A DNA stretch of 64,000 bases from Blastocatellia bacterium (lineage in GTDB: Bacteria > Acidobacteriota > Blastocatellia > UBA7656). The translations under genes were made by a program, and so were the position numbers. The stretch lies in NCBI GenBank assembly GCA_963765495.1, contig CAVXWP010000007.1, positions 791,650 to 855,649 of the forward strand. The letters are read 5' to 3'. Below, piece after piece: positions 47,171-59,554 of the stretch. The notes under the pieces were generated by a model. It was not told where the DNA came from. It did no database searches and saw only the letters and a program-made list of their open reading frames with translations. Numbering within the stretch: position 1 is the stretch's first letter; the number at the start of each line of letters is the position of its first letter.

Positions 47171-48355
47171 ATGATGAAGTCGAACTCTTCTTTCAACTCT
47201 CTGATATTACGGGCGGCAGCCATAGCGATTCTTGCGATCACCTCGTTGACTGTCACAGCGACGGCCCAGCGCCCGCCCGATAAAGATTATCTGGTCTATG
47301 TCGTATGCGAATCTGCCGACAAGATAGCCCTGGTGCGATTCGGTCCGGGCGGTGCAAAACTGGAGCGGGAAATCCTGACAGGCAGCATGCCTTCGGATCT
47401 CGACGGGCCGCACGGCACCGTAGTCTCTCACGATAAACGATTTTATTATGTCTCGCTTGGCCACGGTCGTCCATTCGGCTCGCTCTGGAAATATGCGACA
47501 AAAGACGATCAGGTTCTGGGTCGCGTCGACCTTGGAATGTTTCCCGCGACTATGGATATTAGCCCCGACGGAAGCTTCGTCTACGTAGTCAATTTCAATC
47601 TTCACGGCGATATGGTCCCGTCTTCGGTCTCTGTAGTTGCCGTAGACGAGATGATAGAGGTAGCACGCATCGAAACCTGTGTAATGCCTCACGGGTCGCG
47701 TCTGAACCCGCAGGGAACCCGCCAGTATTCCGCCTGTATGATGGATGATATGCTGGTCGAGATAGACACAAATCAATTAAAGGTATCGCGCCATTTTCTG
47801 GTTGCAAAAGGCAAAGAGAAGGGCGCAAACGGCCCGCCTGAACATCACTCGATGGACATGCATTCGAATCACTCGGGTGGGCCCGCAAGCGCGCCCATGC
47901 AGATGGATGTCTCCTGTTCGCCGACCTGGGCGCAACCTTCCGCTGACGGCGCTTCGGTCTATGTCGCCTGCAATAAATCGAACGAGATAGTCGAGATCAA
48001 TGCCGACACATGGAAGCTCACGCGCCGACTGCCCGCCCGGCCCGGCGTTTATAATCTGGCCGTGACAAAAGACAATCGGCTGATAGCCACAAACAAGCGC
48101 GATCAATCGGTTTCGGTTTATGACTTAAAGGATGGCCGCGAGCTTGCCCGCATTCCGACAAAACGCAAGGTGGTTCACGGGGCGGTCGTCTCGCCCGATA
48201 ATCGTTATGCCTTTATATCGGTCGAAGGCGTAGGCGCAGAACCCGGAACGGTCGAAGTAATTGATCTGGAAACGCTCAAGACGGTCGCAACGGTAGATGT
48301 CCCCGAACAGGCCGCAGGCATAGACTTTTACAAAACCGAAACGCCGCAGCATTGA
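47171..48355 (+). CDS. Exported YncE/YVTN-type beta-propeller protein
   Basis: Signal peptide; GPHG, ISPDG, MPHGSR, VHGAVVSPD blades; His/Met-rich loop HHSMDMHSNH. Confidence 0.8.
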   Translation: MMKSNSSFNSLILRAAAIAILAITSLTVTATAQRPPDKDYLVYVVCESADKIALVRFGPGGAKLEREILTGSMPSDLDGPHGTVVSHDKRFYYVSLGHGRPFGSLWKYATKDDQVLGRVDLGMFPATMDISPDGSFVYVVNFNLHGDMVPSSVSVVAVDEMIEVARIETCVMPHGSRLNPQGTRQYSACMMDDMLVEIDTNQLKVSRHFLVAKGKEKGANGPPEHHSMDMHSNHSGGPASAPMQMDVSCSPTWAQPSADGASVYVACNKSNEIVEINADTWKLTRRLPARPGVYNLAVTKDNRLIATNKRDQSVSVYDLKDGRELARIPTKRKVVHGAVVSPDNRYAFISVEGVGAEPGTVEVIDLETLKTVATVDVPEQAAGIDFYKTETPQH

Positions 48356-48420
48356 ACGGGTTATGAGGCTGACTCGGATGATTCGGTATTCTCCAAAATC
48401 TAAAAAAGGCGAATGGGAAA

Positions 48421-48509
48421 TAGACCGGGACGGACGCGGATCGGGCGGATTTTCGCGGGGTTGTTCAAAGAGCGTCTGATCCGTGTTGACCCGCCCGATC
48501 CGTGGCCTA
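48421..48509. repeat. REP-like palindrome (CGGAT/ATCCG family)
   Basis: CGGATCGGGCGGAT ... ACCCGCCCGATCCGTGGCCTA, between convergent genes. Confidence 0.65.
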
Positions 48510-48516
48510 TTCCCAT

Positions 48517-49827
48517 TCACCTTTTCTTGTCGGAAAAATAGATCGTGAATTGTGTGGGCTGGCCTTCGAGCGAGAAATCGAATCCGTGATGCTCCAATAT
48601 CTCCTGCACCATCGTAAGCCCGATGCCCTGACCGTTTTCCTTCGTGCTGAAAAAAGGCGTAAACAGATTTGAGCGAACTTCGGGCGTAAAGCCGCATCCG
48701 GTGTCTTCGACCGTAACAAATTCTCTTCCGCCTGCTCGACCAATCCTGATTGTGATTCGGCCATTTTTATCTACGGCCTCCAAAGCGTTCTTGACTATGT
48801 TGATGAAGACCTGTTCCATCTGGCTGCGGTCCAGAGCTATCGGTTCCAGCCGTTCCTGAATATCCCACGTCCAGACGATGCCTCGTTTCTCGCTCTCCTG
48901 CCTCATCAGAAAGGCGATGTCTTCGAGAAGACTCCGCACATCGCAGGGGTAAAGCTTAGGCTGTGGCAGCCGCACCACATCAGCGAAACTTTTCATAAAA
49001 GCATTCAATTGATCGGTTCGCGAAATCACAACCTTGAGCGCCGTTTCGAAGTCCGAGCGGTCCTCGGCGCTGATCTGGTCTTTATAATTCAGGCAGGAAT
49101 GGAGAAGGGAATTAGCGGAGCCGACGGAGTTGTTGACCTCGTGGCTCATCATTCGGATCAGCTTTTCGTAGGCGGTCTTTTCCGATTGTCTCAGTTCTTC
49201 CGTAAGCTCTTCGAGCATTATGAAGTGGCGGTTGAATCCGCGATCAAGGAACTGTGATTTATGACACTTGACGCGACGGCGGCCCATAAGCGACATCACT
49301 CTTGATTCCCCGGGTCGCAACCCGCTCAACTCGTTTGTGAAGGGCGTGTTTATCTCAGACAGCTTCTTTCCCATCAATGTCTCAATCGGGATTTGAAGCA
49401 TGCGCAGGGCGGAGGGTGTGACCATCGTTATGTTTTCGTCAAAATCGAGCGTGATTACCCCCGAAGGCGAGGCCGTCAGTATCTTATCCAGAAAATAATG
49501 TTGCTCTTGCAGCCGTGTTCGTTCTTCGCGCAGGTGGTCCGCCATGCGATTATAGATGCAAATCAGCCTGTCCATTTCCGGCTGACCTACTTCCTGAAAC
49601 CGCGAGGTAAAATCGCTGTCGCTTATGAATTGCGCGCCTGTGTTCATAATCTCAAGCGTGCCGAAAAGACCGCGTATAAGCCTCAGCCCCGAGGTGAGAG
49701 AGATGATAAACACAGCTTCCACGGCAAGGAGCCACAGCCGGTTTTGCAATAGCAGATAAACAGCCACTCCCGCAAACAGGACATGAACAATTACCAGATA
49801 GAGGATGAACTTGAGGCGAAGGCTCAT
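48517..49827 (-). CDS. Membrane sensor histidine kinase (HAMP-like/PAS, NtrY-like)
   Basis: Two TMs, MMSHEVNNS, NIVKNALEA, EDTGCG, FTPFFSTK..GQGIGL; start moved to 49827. Confidence 0.9.
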   Translation of the reverse strand: MSLRLKFILYLVIVHVLFAGVAVYLLLQNRLWLLAVEAVFIISLTSGLRLIRGLFGTLEIMNTGAQFISDSDFTSRFQEVGQPEMDRLICIYNRMADHLREERTRLQEQHYFLDKILTASPSGVITLDFDENITMVTPSALRMLQIPIETLMGKKLSEINTPFTNELSGLRPGESRVMSLMGRRRVKCHKSQFLDRGFNRHFIMLEELTEELRQSEKTAYEKLIRMMSHEVNNSVGSANSLLHSCLNYKDQISAEDRSDFETALKVVISRTDQLNAFMKSFADVVRLPQPKLYPCDVRSLLEDIAFLMRQESEKRGIVWTWDIQERLEPIALDRSQMEQVFINIVKNALEAVDKNGRITIRIGRAGGREFVTVEDTGCGFTPEVRSNLFTPFFSTKENGQGIGLTMVQEILEHHGFDFSLEGQPTQFTIYFSDKKR

Positions 49828-49834
49828 AGAGAAA

Positions 49835-49946
49835 GCGATGCGTGAAGAGTGATGCGTGAAGAGTGATGCGTGATTTATGAAGCCATCTATGACCCTGTTA
49901 ACAGGTGCTGGCCTGAAAGTCACGCATCACGCATCACGCATCACGC
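49835..49946. repeat. Heptamer-armed element, GTGATGC family, copy 3 (opposite orientation)
   Basis: Core reverse complement is CTTTCAGGCCAGCACCTGTTAACAGGGTCATAGATGGCTTCATAAA; the right arm holds the regulator's TGA. Confidence 0.9.
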
Positions 49947-51341
49947 CTTTATATCGTATTTTTCAAATCTTCGATAAAGCGAGGCGCGGCTCAAGCCGAG
50001 CGATTCGGCTACCTTGCTGACGTTCCCGCCGTAATGTCTCATGCACTTGACGATCATGGCCTTTTCCATGTCGTCAAGCGTCATGCTGCCGACCTCCGGG
50101 AGCGCGGTCCTTTGAGTGTCGCTCGATTCCATTTCAAGCGGCAACATGAAGTCATCAACATCGAGGGTTTCTTTATCGCTCACAAGAATCGTTCTTTCTA
50201 TCAACTGTCTCAACTGTCTGATGTTTCCGGGCCAGGGCAGGCGGCTTAACCATTTCAGAGCAGACTCGCTGATGGAAAGATTTGCGCGTCGATAGACGTG
50301 TCCTATGCTTTTCAAGAAATGATTTGCAAGCACGGGTATATCGGTTGCCCGCTCTCTGAGCGAAGGCAAATGGATGGCAATCAGGTTCAGGCGATAAAGC
50401 AGGTCTTCTCGAAACTCTCCGCAATCGACCATCTCAGGCAGATTCCGATTTGTTGCCGAAATTACACGCACATCGACCGAGCGCGTCAGGCTTGAACCAA
50501 GCGCCTCGTATGTGCGGTCCTGCAAGACCCTGAGCATCTTTACCTGAGAGTGCGGGTCGAGGTCTCCGATTTCATCCAGAAAGATGGTTCCCCCGTCCGC
50601 GATCTCGAACCTGCCTTTGCGGTCCTGGCGCGCATCGGTGAAAGCTCCTTTTACGTGGCCGAACATTTCGCTGTCAAAGAGCGTCGAAGAGACGCCGCCG
50701 AGATTGACCTTTACAAATGGCCCGTGTTTTCTGCGGCTGTTTCGATGAACCGCCTCGGCGATCATCTCTTTGCCCGTTCCGCTTTCGCCTGTAATGAGCA
50801 CCGATGCGTCGGTGGCGCTGACACGGCCTATCACGCCAAGCACACGAAGGAATTTAGGATCATTCCCGATCAGGTCTCTGAAATGATATTGCGAATCCAG
50901 GTCGCTTCGCGAAAGAGTTTGACCGCGAGTCTTTGCTGAATTTGCCACGGCAAGGCCGAGGACAGTTCTCACCGATTGGAGGAGTTGCTGATGCGTCCAT
51001 GGCTTTGTGACAAAATCGGAAGCGCCCGCTCGAACCCCCGCTACGGCAAGCTCGATCGACCCCCAGGCGGTTATCAGTATGACCGGCATATGCGGGCGGC
51101 GAGACTTGATCTGCCTGAGCAATTCAAGCCCTTCTTCGCCCGATGTCTTGCGCGAAAAATTCATGTCCTGAATGACCAGATGAAAGCTGTCGCGCTCGAT
51201 TCGCTCAATCGCTTCGGCAGGCGAAGCGACAGATTCGCTTCGGTATCCCGCCTGCTTAAACAGAAGACCGAGCGAGGCGGTGACAGACGGATCATCATCT
51301 ATGATCAGAATCATCTCGCCGTTATTACTAGCTCGGTCCAT
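49941..51341 (-). CDS. Sigma54-dependent response regulator (NtrC family: REC-AAA+-HTH)
   Basis: QDMNFS, GESGTGKE, GAFTDA, FLDEIG, FREDLLYRLN, WPGNIRQL, Fis-type HTH; start moved to about 51341 because the longer ORF translates a repeat element. Confidence 0.93.
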   Translation of the reverse strand: MDRASNNGEMILIIDDDPSVTASLGLLFKQAGYRSESVASPAEAIERIERDSFHLVIQDMNFSRKTSGEEGLELLRQIKSRRPHMPVILITAWGSIELAVAGVRAGASDFVTKPWTHQQLLQSVRTVLGLAVANSAKTRGQTLSRSDLDSQYHFRDLIGNDPKFLRVLGVIGRVSATDASVLITGESGTGKEMIAEAVHRNSRRKHGPFVKVNLGGVSSTLFDSEMFGHVKGAFTDARQDRKGRFEIADGGTIFLDEIGDLDPHSQVKMLRVLQDRTYEALGSSLTRSVDVRVISATNRNLPEMVDCGEFREDLLYRLNLIAIHLPSLRERATDIPVLANHFLKSIGHVYRRANLSISESALKWLSRLPWPGNIRQLRQLIERTILVSDKETLDVDDFMLPLEMESSDTQRTALPEVGSMTLDDMEKAMIVKCMRHYGGNVSKVAESLGLSRASLYRRFEKYDIKA

Positions 51342-51360
51342 CGTTTGTTCCATCGAACAA

Positions 51361-52721
<1,361 letters not shown>

Positions 52722-52725
<4 letters not shown>

Positions 52726-53963
52726 CGTGTGCCTCCTTTCAGGGCTTCGACCGGGTTGAGCCGCGACATCTTCCACGCTGGGTAAACTCCGCTGAACAGA
52801 CCAAAGAAGATCGCAAGGATAAAGCCGTAGAGAAAGATTCTATAGTTCAATTGAAATTCGGCATAAGGAATCAATCCCGCGCTTGTGATGGCTTGCAGGG
52901 CAAAGTATGCGCCAAGGAATCCGATCACTCCGCCCACGAGCGTGAGCAGTACGTTTTCGACTACGAACTGTCCGACCAGCGTCCACGACGAAGCCCCGAA
53001 CGCCTTGCGCACGCCGATCTCGCTTGCGCGCTCCATTATCCGGCTGACGTTGATGTTGATCAGGTTCACCGTAGGCAGCATCATAAACAGGACCATCAGT
53101 CCGAGGATCGCAATCAAAAAACTCGCGGGATGATTTTCATCCTGGTGCGGGCTGAACATTCTGGATGCGAATTCAAAAAGCGTTTCCGTATCTGCGATAG
53201 CCATCTCGAATTCTTTATGGTCCGAAAGATCGACCTGAGAGAGTCGAGACTTGAACTCTTCTTTTATCAGGGGAAAGTCCGCCGCCGAGCGGGCAAGCAA
53301 GACAGCCATGAAATTGCCCTGAAGCTGTGTGCGATAGCCATCCGTTTTAGACGTGCTTATTGGAACCCAGATGTCGGAAAAAGGGGTCAGTCTGAAGAAA
53401 GGCACATTTGCCACCACGCCTACGACGCGGAATCGTTGCCCGTCTACCTCGATGGTCCGGCCCACGGCCGGTTCGTTGTTAAAGAATTTCTTTCTAGTGG
53501 CTTCGTTGATGACGGCGACAAAATTGGCATTCTGTTCATCATCGGGAGTAAAGGGACCGCCTTCAAGAAAGTTGAAATCCATGATCTGCCAGAACTCTCC
53601 ATCCGTGCGTTTGAAGAAGGACTTTATCTTCTCGCCATCCTTGTAGGAGTAAGCCTGTCCGGGCGTTGTGAAGATAGAGACCTTTTCTACATTTGGCAGA
53701 TTGCGCGCGAAGCGGTCCAGAAAACCATAGCCTGCGGGGCCGTTGGATGTGGCGTTCGGACCTCTCAGCATCAGCTGAAAAACGCCCAGCGTGCGGTCAG
53801 TTTTGGTCTCAGGCGGCAGCGGCCCGAAAATATGATCCAGAAAAGCCGTGACCACCATCAGAACTATCAGTGTAAAACTGATCGCAAACAGACTGATAAA
53901 GGTAAAGAACTTTCTCCGGGCAAATACCTTTACGGCGATCTTGATATAGTTTTTTAGCATCAC
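52722..53963 (-). CDS. MacB/FtsX-type ABC permease
   Basis: MLKNYIKIAVK, ERASEIGVRKAFGA, SGVYPAWKMSRLNPVEALKGG. Confidence 0.9.
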
Positions 53964-53973
53964 GCATCACTCC

Positions 53974-54732
53974 TCAATTCACCTGTCGGCCGTCGAAGAG
54001 CCTGATTATGCGCTCGGTCTTTTCGGCCTGGCGCGGGTCGTGCGTCACCATCACCACGGTTGTCTTTTCTTCGTGGCCCAGGTCTTTGAGTATGTCCATG
54101 ATCTCGTCGCCCATCTGACTGTCGAGGTTACCCGTAGGCTCGTCGGCCAGCAGCACGCGAGGGTTTCCGACAATGGCGCGGGCTATCGCTACGCGCTGTT
54201 GCTGCCCGCCCGATAGCTGCCCCGGAAAGTGGTGGACACGCGAATTCAATCCCACGCGATCCAGCGCCTTGAGCGCCATCTTTCGCCTCAAAGAGCCCGC
54301 CATCTTTCGATAGAGCAGGGGGATTTCGACATTATCGACGACGCTCAAATCGTTGATGAGGTGGAATGATTGAAAGATGAAGCCTACATCTTCGTTTCTG
54401 GCTCTGGCCAGATACCTGTCGCTAAAAGAAGTTATAGGCTTCCCGTTCAGGCTGACCTCCCCGCTCGTCGGCACGTCGAGCAATCCTATGACGTTGAGCA
54501 GGGTGCTCTTGCCCGACCCCGACGGCCCCATAATCGATATAAACTCGCCTTCGCGAACTGTCAGGTTGACGTTTGTGAGCGCGACGGTTTCTATGCGATC
54601 CGTGCGATAGACCTTCTCGATATTTTCAAGCCGGATCATCGCCTTCTGCTCGACCGCGGCGGTGCCGCCGATGCTCTTTTCGGATTTGGCTGTAACGGTC
54701 TCCATCAAATATTTCCTCTCCGAAGCCTTCAT
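53974..54732 (-). CDS. ABC ATP-binding protein (LolD/MacB type)
   Basis: [38 protein letters not shown]. Confidence 0.95.
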   Translation of the reverse strand: MKASERKYLMETVTAKSEKSIGGTAAVEQKAMIRLENIEKVYRTDRIETVALTNVNLTVREGEFISIMGPSGSGKSTLLNVIGLLDVPTSGEVSLNGKPITSFSDRYLARARNEDVGFIFQSFHLINDLSVVDNVEIPLLYRKMAGSLRRKMALKALDRVGLNSRVHHFPGQLSGGQQQRVAIARAIVGNPRVLLADEPTGNLDSQMGDEIMDILKDLGHEEKTTVVMVTHDPRQAEKTERIIRLFDGRQVN

Positions 54733-55973
54733 TTCAGCTTCACTTCCTTCAGGTACATGTAATCGCTCATATCGGATATGATGACTTCATCTCCTTCGAT
54801 CAGCCCTTCGGCCACCTCATAGGTGTCAAAGCTTGAGATGCCTATGCGAACGGGTGTTTTTACGGCCGTATCGCCGCGAATCACAAACACATCGTGCTGG
54901 CCTTCGGAGCTGACGAACGGGCCTTTCTTTATGCGAAGCGCCTTCTCTTTGCGGTCGGTCACTATCAAAACATCCACTCTAAGATTCGACCGCAAAAAGG
55001 GGCTCGCCTTGTCCTTCAAGCTCACGGCAAACGAGATTATGCCGTTGCTGATAGTCGGGTTGATGCTTGAGATAGTGCCCGGCAGGTAATCGTCATTGAT
55101 CTTCACGCTGACCGGAAGACCCGTCAAAAGTTTCCCGGCGTGGATGTCTGATGTGTTTGCGTCTACACGAAAAGATGTCAGGTCGGCGACGCGCGCCAGC
55201 ACCGCGCCTTTTTGCACTGTTGCCCCCTCCTCGTTTACTACCCACGTCAGCACGCCGTCACGATCAGATTTCGTCGTGGCCAGATCGAGTTTGCGCCGCG
55301 CTTCTATGCGCTCTTTGTCGAGCATCTTCATCTCCAGGGCGAGCCCTTCAAGCTGTGTTTTTGTCGAGGCCTGAGCGTTTAGTTTAGCGTCTTCAAGTTG
55401 CTTCAGTTCATAGCGGGTCTTCTCTTCATTCAACTCGGCGGTTCGCAGCAGTTCTTCCGACTGAAGCCCTTTCTTGAACAACTCGCGGCTCCTTTCGGAG
55501 TTTGTCTTTGCGGCCTTGTACTCCAGGTTCTTGATCTCCCACTGGCTCTGGAGTGTTATCAGAGTATTCTCAAGATCGAGTTTTGCTTTAGCCTGCTGAT
55601 TCTGTTTTAGCTCGATTTGCTGATCGAGCTTATCAAGTTCAAGTACCGACTCGCTCACGTCGAGTTCTATGATCGGCTCGCCTCTTGTGAGGGTATCTCC
55701 GGGCCGCTTCAGAATCTTCAGCACGCGGGCATCAACCGGACTTGAGAGCACCTGCTCGAATTCGGGGACGACGGTCCCGCTTGCGTTCGTGGTAGCCTCG
55801 ATTGGCCCCTCGTCTACGCGGGCGGTTCTGATCCTCGCCCGGTTGAGCGAAGGGGTGATAAAACCGGGGCCCCAGACGAATAGAGCAGCGACCAGAGAAA
55901 CGAGCAGCGCCGACGCCCCGGCTCGCTTGATGATCTGTTTCCTTCTAAATGCAGGGTCTAATTCACGGTCCAT
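54729..55973 (-). CDS. HlyD/MacA-type periplasmic adaptor subunit
   Basis: TM anchor, lipoyl halves (SSPVDARV, SDRDGVL), long coiled coil, EGLIEGDEVIISD. Confidence 0.9.
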   Translation of the reverse strand: MDRELDPAFRRKQIIKRAGASALLVSLVAALFVWGPGFITPSLNRARIRTARVDEGPIEATTNASGTVVPEFEQVLSSPVDARVLKILKRPGDTLTRGEPIIELDVSESVLELDKLDQQIELKQNQQAKAKLDLENTLITLQSQWEIKNLEYKAAKTNSERSRELFKKGLQSEELLRTAELNEEKTRYELKQLEDAKLNAQASTKTQLEGLALEMKMLDKERIEARRKLDLATTKSDRDGVLTWVVNEEGATVQKGAVLARVADLTSFRVDANTSDIHAGKLLTGLPVSVKINDDYLPGTISSINPTISNGIISFAVSLKDKASPFLRSNLRVDVLIVTDRKEKALRIKKGPFVSSEGQHDVFVIRGDTAVKTPVRIGISSFDTYEVAEGLIEGDEVIISDMSDYMYLKEVKLK

Positions 55974-55996
55974 AGATCAATCCTCAAACGAGCTTT

Positions 55997-56116
55997 GGCA
56001 ATAGTGAGGCCGAAAGAGTACCTGAAGCTCTTAACTGATTGATTTCAAACTACAAAAAAAACGCAAAGAGATTCACAGCCGTTCAGTTGTGTACAGCCAC
56101 TGTTCAGTATCGTACA
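55997..56116 (-). promoter_or_regulatory. Sigma54 promoter with IHF site and tandem enhancer sites for the efflux/TCS operon
   Basis: Minus strand CGG-CCTCACTATT-GC (55997-56012); IHF consensus AATCAA-TCAG-TTA (56032-56044); repeated CGTTCAGTTGTGTACA / TGTTCAGTATCGTACA (56080-56116). Confidence 0.7.
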
Positions 56117-56118
56117 TC

Positions 56119-56310
56119 GGGGGCCGGGGGCCAGGGGCCAGGGGCCGGTAACAATAGTCGGTGATCGGTGATTGCGTGCATTCTAGAGTAGCTTGAATGT
56201 TTACCGACTCCGCATCGCAAATAGCAAATATCAAATCCCAGATGGGTAGAACTGGAAGATAAGAATTTCCGGCCCCGGCCCCGGCCCCCTGACCCCTGGC
56301 CCCCGCCCCG
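56119..56310. repeat. Heptamer-armed element, GGGGCC(G/A) family, copy 3
   Basis: GGGGGCCGGGGGCCAGGGGCCAGGGGCCGG ... CCGGCCCCGGCCCCGGCCCCCTGACCCCTGGCCCCC; core has TCAAATCCCAGATGGGTAGA, similar to TCAAATCTCAAATGAGCAGA of copy 1. Confidence 0.85.
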
Positions 56311-56385
56311 GCTTGCTCTATACAGTGCGATTATCTATGATTGCGGGCAGTGGATCTGTGAGGAACAACCTTAGACCCGTATAAG

Positions 56386-59300
56386 ATGAGACCTCACACG
56401 TTGAAGAAAACATCTCTCTGCTCTCTATTGATTATTGTAGAGCTTGTGTTCGGTGCATCCCCGATATTTGCTCAAGGCTATAAGGCGAGCATCCTTGGCA
56501 ATGTCACAGATCAGACCGGGGCCACGGTCGTTGGCGCAACTGTTACAGCCACCAATACTCAAACCAATATATCGACCTCTGCCGAGTCGGATGAAAGCGG
56601 AAGCTATGTGATTCGGCAGCTTGTGCCGGGCAGTTACCGCATAAGCGTAGGGGCATCGGGTTTCAAGCGCGCTTCGAGCCGGGGATTTGAACTTCAGGTG
56701 GATCAGACTCTCAGGATAGATGTCTCTCTTGAGGCCGGAGTCGTCGCCGAAGAGATAACCGTCAGCCCTGATGCCATAGTCGTTAATACGGAAACGGCAT
56801 CGCTCGGCGAAGTAATTACAAATCGTGAAATCCTCGATATACCGCTCAACGGGCGAAATTATCTGTCACTCGCCACGCTTGCTCCCGGCGTCGTTCCAGC
56901 CGCCGCCGGAGCCAATCCGTTCAATATAAACGGAGCGAGGTCCGATCACGTCAATTACCTGATTGACGGCGTCTCGAATGTGGACAGGCGCGGTAATCAG
57001 CCCGTAGCCTCGCCCTCTATTGATGCCATACAGGAGTTCAAGGTCATAACGGGTAATTTCTCTGCCGAATACGGGCGCTTGAGCGACGGCGTCATCTCCG
57101 TAGCGTTGTTGAGCGGGACCAGGACATTTCACGGGTCGCTGTTTGAGTTTCATCGCAACGACGCTCTGGATGCGAGAAGCTTCTTTGACCCCGATACGTC
57201 GAAACTGATCAGAAATCAGTTTGGCGGAGTGTTGAACGGCCCCGTTGCAAGCGACAGTACTTTCTTCCTCTTCAGCTACGAGGGGCTCAGAAATCGTGAA
57301 GGGCAGACGCGGCTGGCCCGCGTGCCGACCCTTGATGAGCGCGCCGGAATATTTGCTGCGCCGATCAGGAACCCGTTCACCCGCAGGCCGTTTGCAGGCA
57401 ATGCCATCCCTGCGGAATTGATAAGCCCCGTCGCGAGCAATATCCTCTCTTTTATTCCGCTTCCAAACAGGGAAGGCGCGTTGAATTTTATTGCCAACGA
57501 AACGCTCCGCGAAGATCAGGACAACTTCATCGCAAAACTCGATCATTACATAGGCGATTCCGACCAGATCACCGGGCGATTTATTCTGAATGATCTGGAT
57601 GCGGGTCTTCCGTTTCGCTCAAGCTCGCTCACGGGTTTTGGCTCGACCCGTCGATCAAGGTCCGCGCAATGGTCCGTCAGCTACACGCACGCGTTTGGCC
57701 GCAATTTTATCAACGAGGCTCGTCTGGGCTTTGTCCGCAACACCTTTTCAGAGCGGTCGGTAAACGCGGGGAAAAACACATCGGCAGAGACAGGCGTAAC
57801 CGGCGTGGCACGGGGGACGGGGCTTGCGAATATCGTGATTTCGGGTCTGCCGGAGATCGGCGACCCGACATTTTTGCCCGATGAGTGGACCGATAATGAA
57901 TACGTGGTTTCGGATTCCGCAGGCATAGTCGCGGGCAGACACCAGATGCGGTTCGGGGGAGATTTTCAAAGATCGCAGCATTTCAATCTTTTCGCTTCAT
58001 TTGCCGGGGGCCAGATAGCATTCATAGGCGCGTTTTCAGGAAACCCCTTTGCAGACTTTCTGCTCGGGCTCCCCGTTCAGACCATCAGACAGGTGGGAAC
58101 AAATAAGAGCTATCTATTCAGCAACTATTACGGCTTCTATTTTCAGGATGATTGGAATGTGCGCTCAGACCTTACGCTCAATCTCGGCATTCGATACGAC
58201 CTGAACCAGCCGCCGGTTGAAAAGTATGATCGCTGGGCCAATTTCATTTTGAGCGAAGGCCGTCAGGTGCGGGCAGGCGAAGACGGGTTCGGGCGAAGGC
58301 TTGTGCGTACGGATAAGAATAATTTTTCGCCCCGGCTCGGATTTGCCTGGCGACCGGGCGGGAGCGCAAAGACGGTCGTAAGGGGCGGCTATGGCGTCTT
58401 CACAGCCTTCGACCTGCAATTCACTATGTATCAGCTTCTCGGAGCCACGGCATTCCCCTTTACGCGGTTAGAGCTTTTCCAGGCAGTCGCGGTTGGAAAC
58501 CCGAGTCTTTCAGACCCCTTTCCCGCGAGCCGACCGGGGTTGACCCCCGGCGCAAGCAGTCCGAACGGGTGGGAATTTGACAACCCTACGCCTTATCAGC
58601 AGACCTGGAGTCTGACCGTAGGGCGCGAATTTACCCGAAGCCTCGGAGTTGAAGCGAGCTATGTCGGCACTAAAGCGACTCATCTGTCTACGACTTTGAA
58701 CGTCAACCAGACGATCAGAACTCCCGAGGGGAACATATCGCCTTTTCCGGGGTTTGGCCGGATTCTGGTTCAAAGCCTCGGAGGGAATTCGAGCTACAAC
58801 GCGCTCCAGCTAAAGGCGGAGAAGCGATTCGGCGGCGGGTTTGAATTTCGCTCGAGCTTCACGTGGTCAAAGGCGATTGATGATCTCTCGTTTGGATCGG
58901 CATCCCGATTGCCGCAGGACCCGCGAAACCTCCGCGCCGAACGGGGTCTCGCGGAATTTGACCGCCGCAGGGTCTGGGCTACCGATTTTGTTTACGAGTT
59001 GCCGGTAGGGAGGGGGCGCGTATTTGGCAACAATTTTCACAGCGCGCTTGAGGCGATACTGGGCGGCTGGCAGGTCAACGCGATCATTCAGCTTTACGAT
59101 GGAAGACCGTTTACGCCGGTAGTTTCGACCGCAAATGCGCAGGCCGGATTTGCCACTCGCCCTGATCGTTTGGGTTCGGGCGAAGTGATTGATCCGGGAA
59201 TCAATCGCTGGTTTGACGTAACCGATTTTTCGCCGGTTCCCGCAACCGAATTTCGCTTTGGCAATTCCGGGCGCGACATACTGACGGGGCCGGGCTCTAT

Positions 59301-59502
59301 CATCCTGGATGCCTCCCTCTTCAAGAGCTTTACATTGCCATTGGAAGGGCATCGACTACAGTTTCGCGCAGAGTTCTTCAATCTCCCGAACCACGCCAAT
59401 TTCGGTCAGCCCGACGCGCGTATAGATCAACCCACAGCGGGCGTTATAGGTTCGGCCGGACCGGGAAGGCAGATTCAGTTTGCCTTGAAGTATATCTTTT
59501 GA
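56386..59502 (+). CDS. Oar-like TonB-dependent outer-membrane receptor
   Basis: Signal peptide, carboxypeptidase-regulatory-like N-terminal domain, PLNGRNY, DAIQEFKV, SAEYGR, NNFSPRLGFAW, RQIQFALKYIF (terminal Phe). Confidence 0.93.
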   Translation: MRPHTLKKTSLCSLLIIVELVFGASPIFAQGYKASILGNVTDQTGATVVGATVTATNTQTNISTSAESDESGSYVIRQLVPGSYRISVGASGFKRASSRGFELQVDQTLRIDVSLEAGVVAEEITVSPDAIVVNTETASLGEVITNREILDIPLNGRNYLSLATLAPGVVPAAAGANPFNINGARSDHVNYLIDGVSNVDRRGNQPVASPSIDAIQEFKVITGNFSAEYGRLSDGVISVALLSGTRTFHGSLFEFHRNDALDARSFFDPDTSKLIRNQFGGVLNGPVASDSTFFLFSYEGLRNREGQTRLARVPTLDERAGIFAAPIRNPFTRRPFAGNAIPAELISPVASNILSFIPLPNREGALNFIANETLREDQDNFIAKLDHYIGDSDQITGRFILNDLDAGLPFRSSSLTGFGSTRRSRSAQWSVSYTHAFGRNFINEARLGFVRNTFSERSVNAGKNTSAETGVTGVARGTGLANIVISGLPEIGDPTFLPDEWTDNEYVVSDSAGIVAGRHQMRFGGDFQRSQHFNLFASFAGGQIAFIGAFSGNPFADFLLGLPVQTIRQVGTNKSYLFSNYYGFYFQDDWNVRSDLTLNLGIRYDLNQPPVEKYDRWANFILSEGRQVRAGEDGFGRRLVRTDKNNFSPRLGFAWRPGGSAKTVVRGGYGVFTAFDLQFTMYQLLGATAFPFTRLELFQAVAVGNPSLSDPFPASRPGLTPGASSPNGWEFDNPTPYQQTWSLTVGREFTRSLGVEASYVGTKATHLSTTLNVNQTIRTPEGNISPFPGFGRILVQSLGGNSSYNALQLKAEKRFGGGFEFRSSFTWSKAIDDLSFGSASRLPQDPRNLRAERGLAEFDRRRVWATDFVYELPVGRGRVFGNNFHSALEAILGGWQVNAIIQLYDGRPFTPVVSTANAQAGFATRPDRLGSGEVIDPGINRWFDVTDFSPVPATEFRFGNSGRDILTGPGSIILDASLFKSFTLPLEGHRLQFRAEFFNLPNHANFGQPDARIDQPTAGVIGSAGPGRQIQFALKYIF

Positions 59503-59554
59503 TGCATGAGAAAATGGCTGCTGGCACATCTATTCAGAGAGGGAAAAATATCTT

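Noticed and set aside
59522-59536. Sigma54 promoter for the last kinase (TGGCAC-N5-TTCA)
   Set aside because: The -12 element lacks even the conserved G, so support is insufficient.
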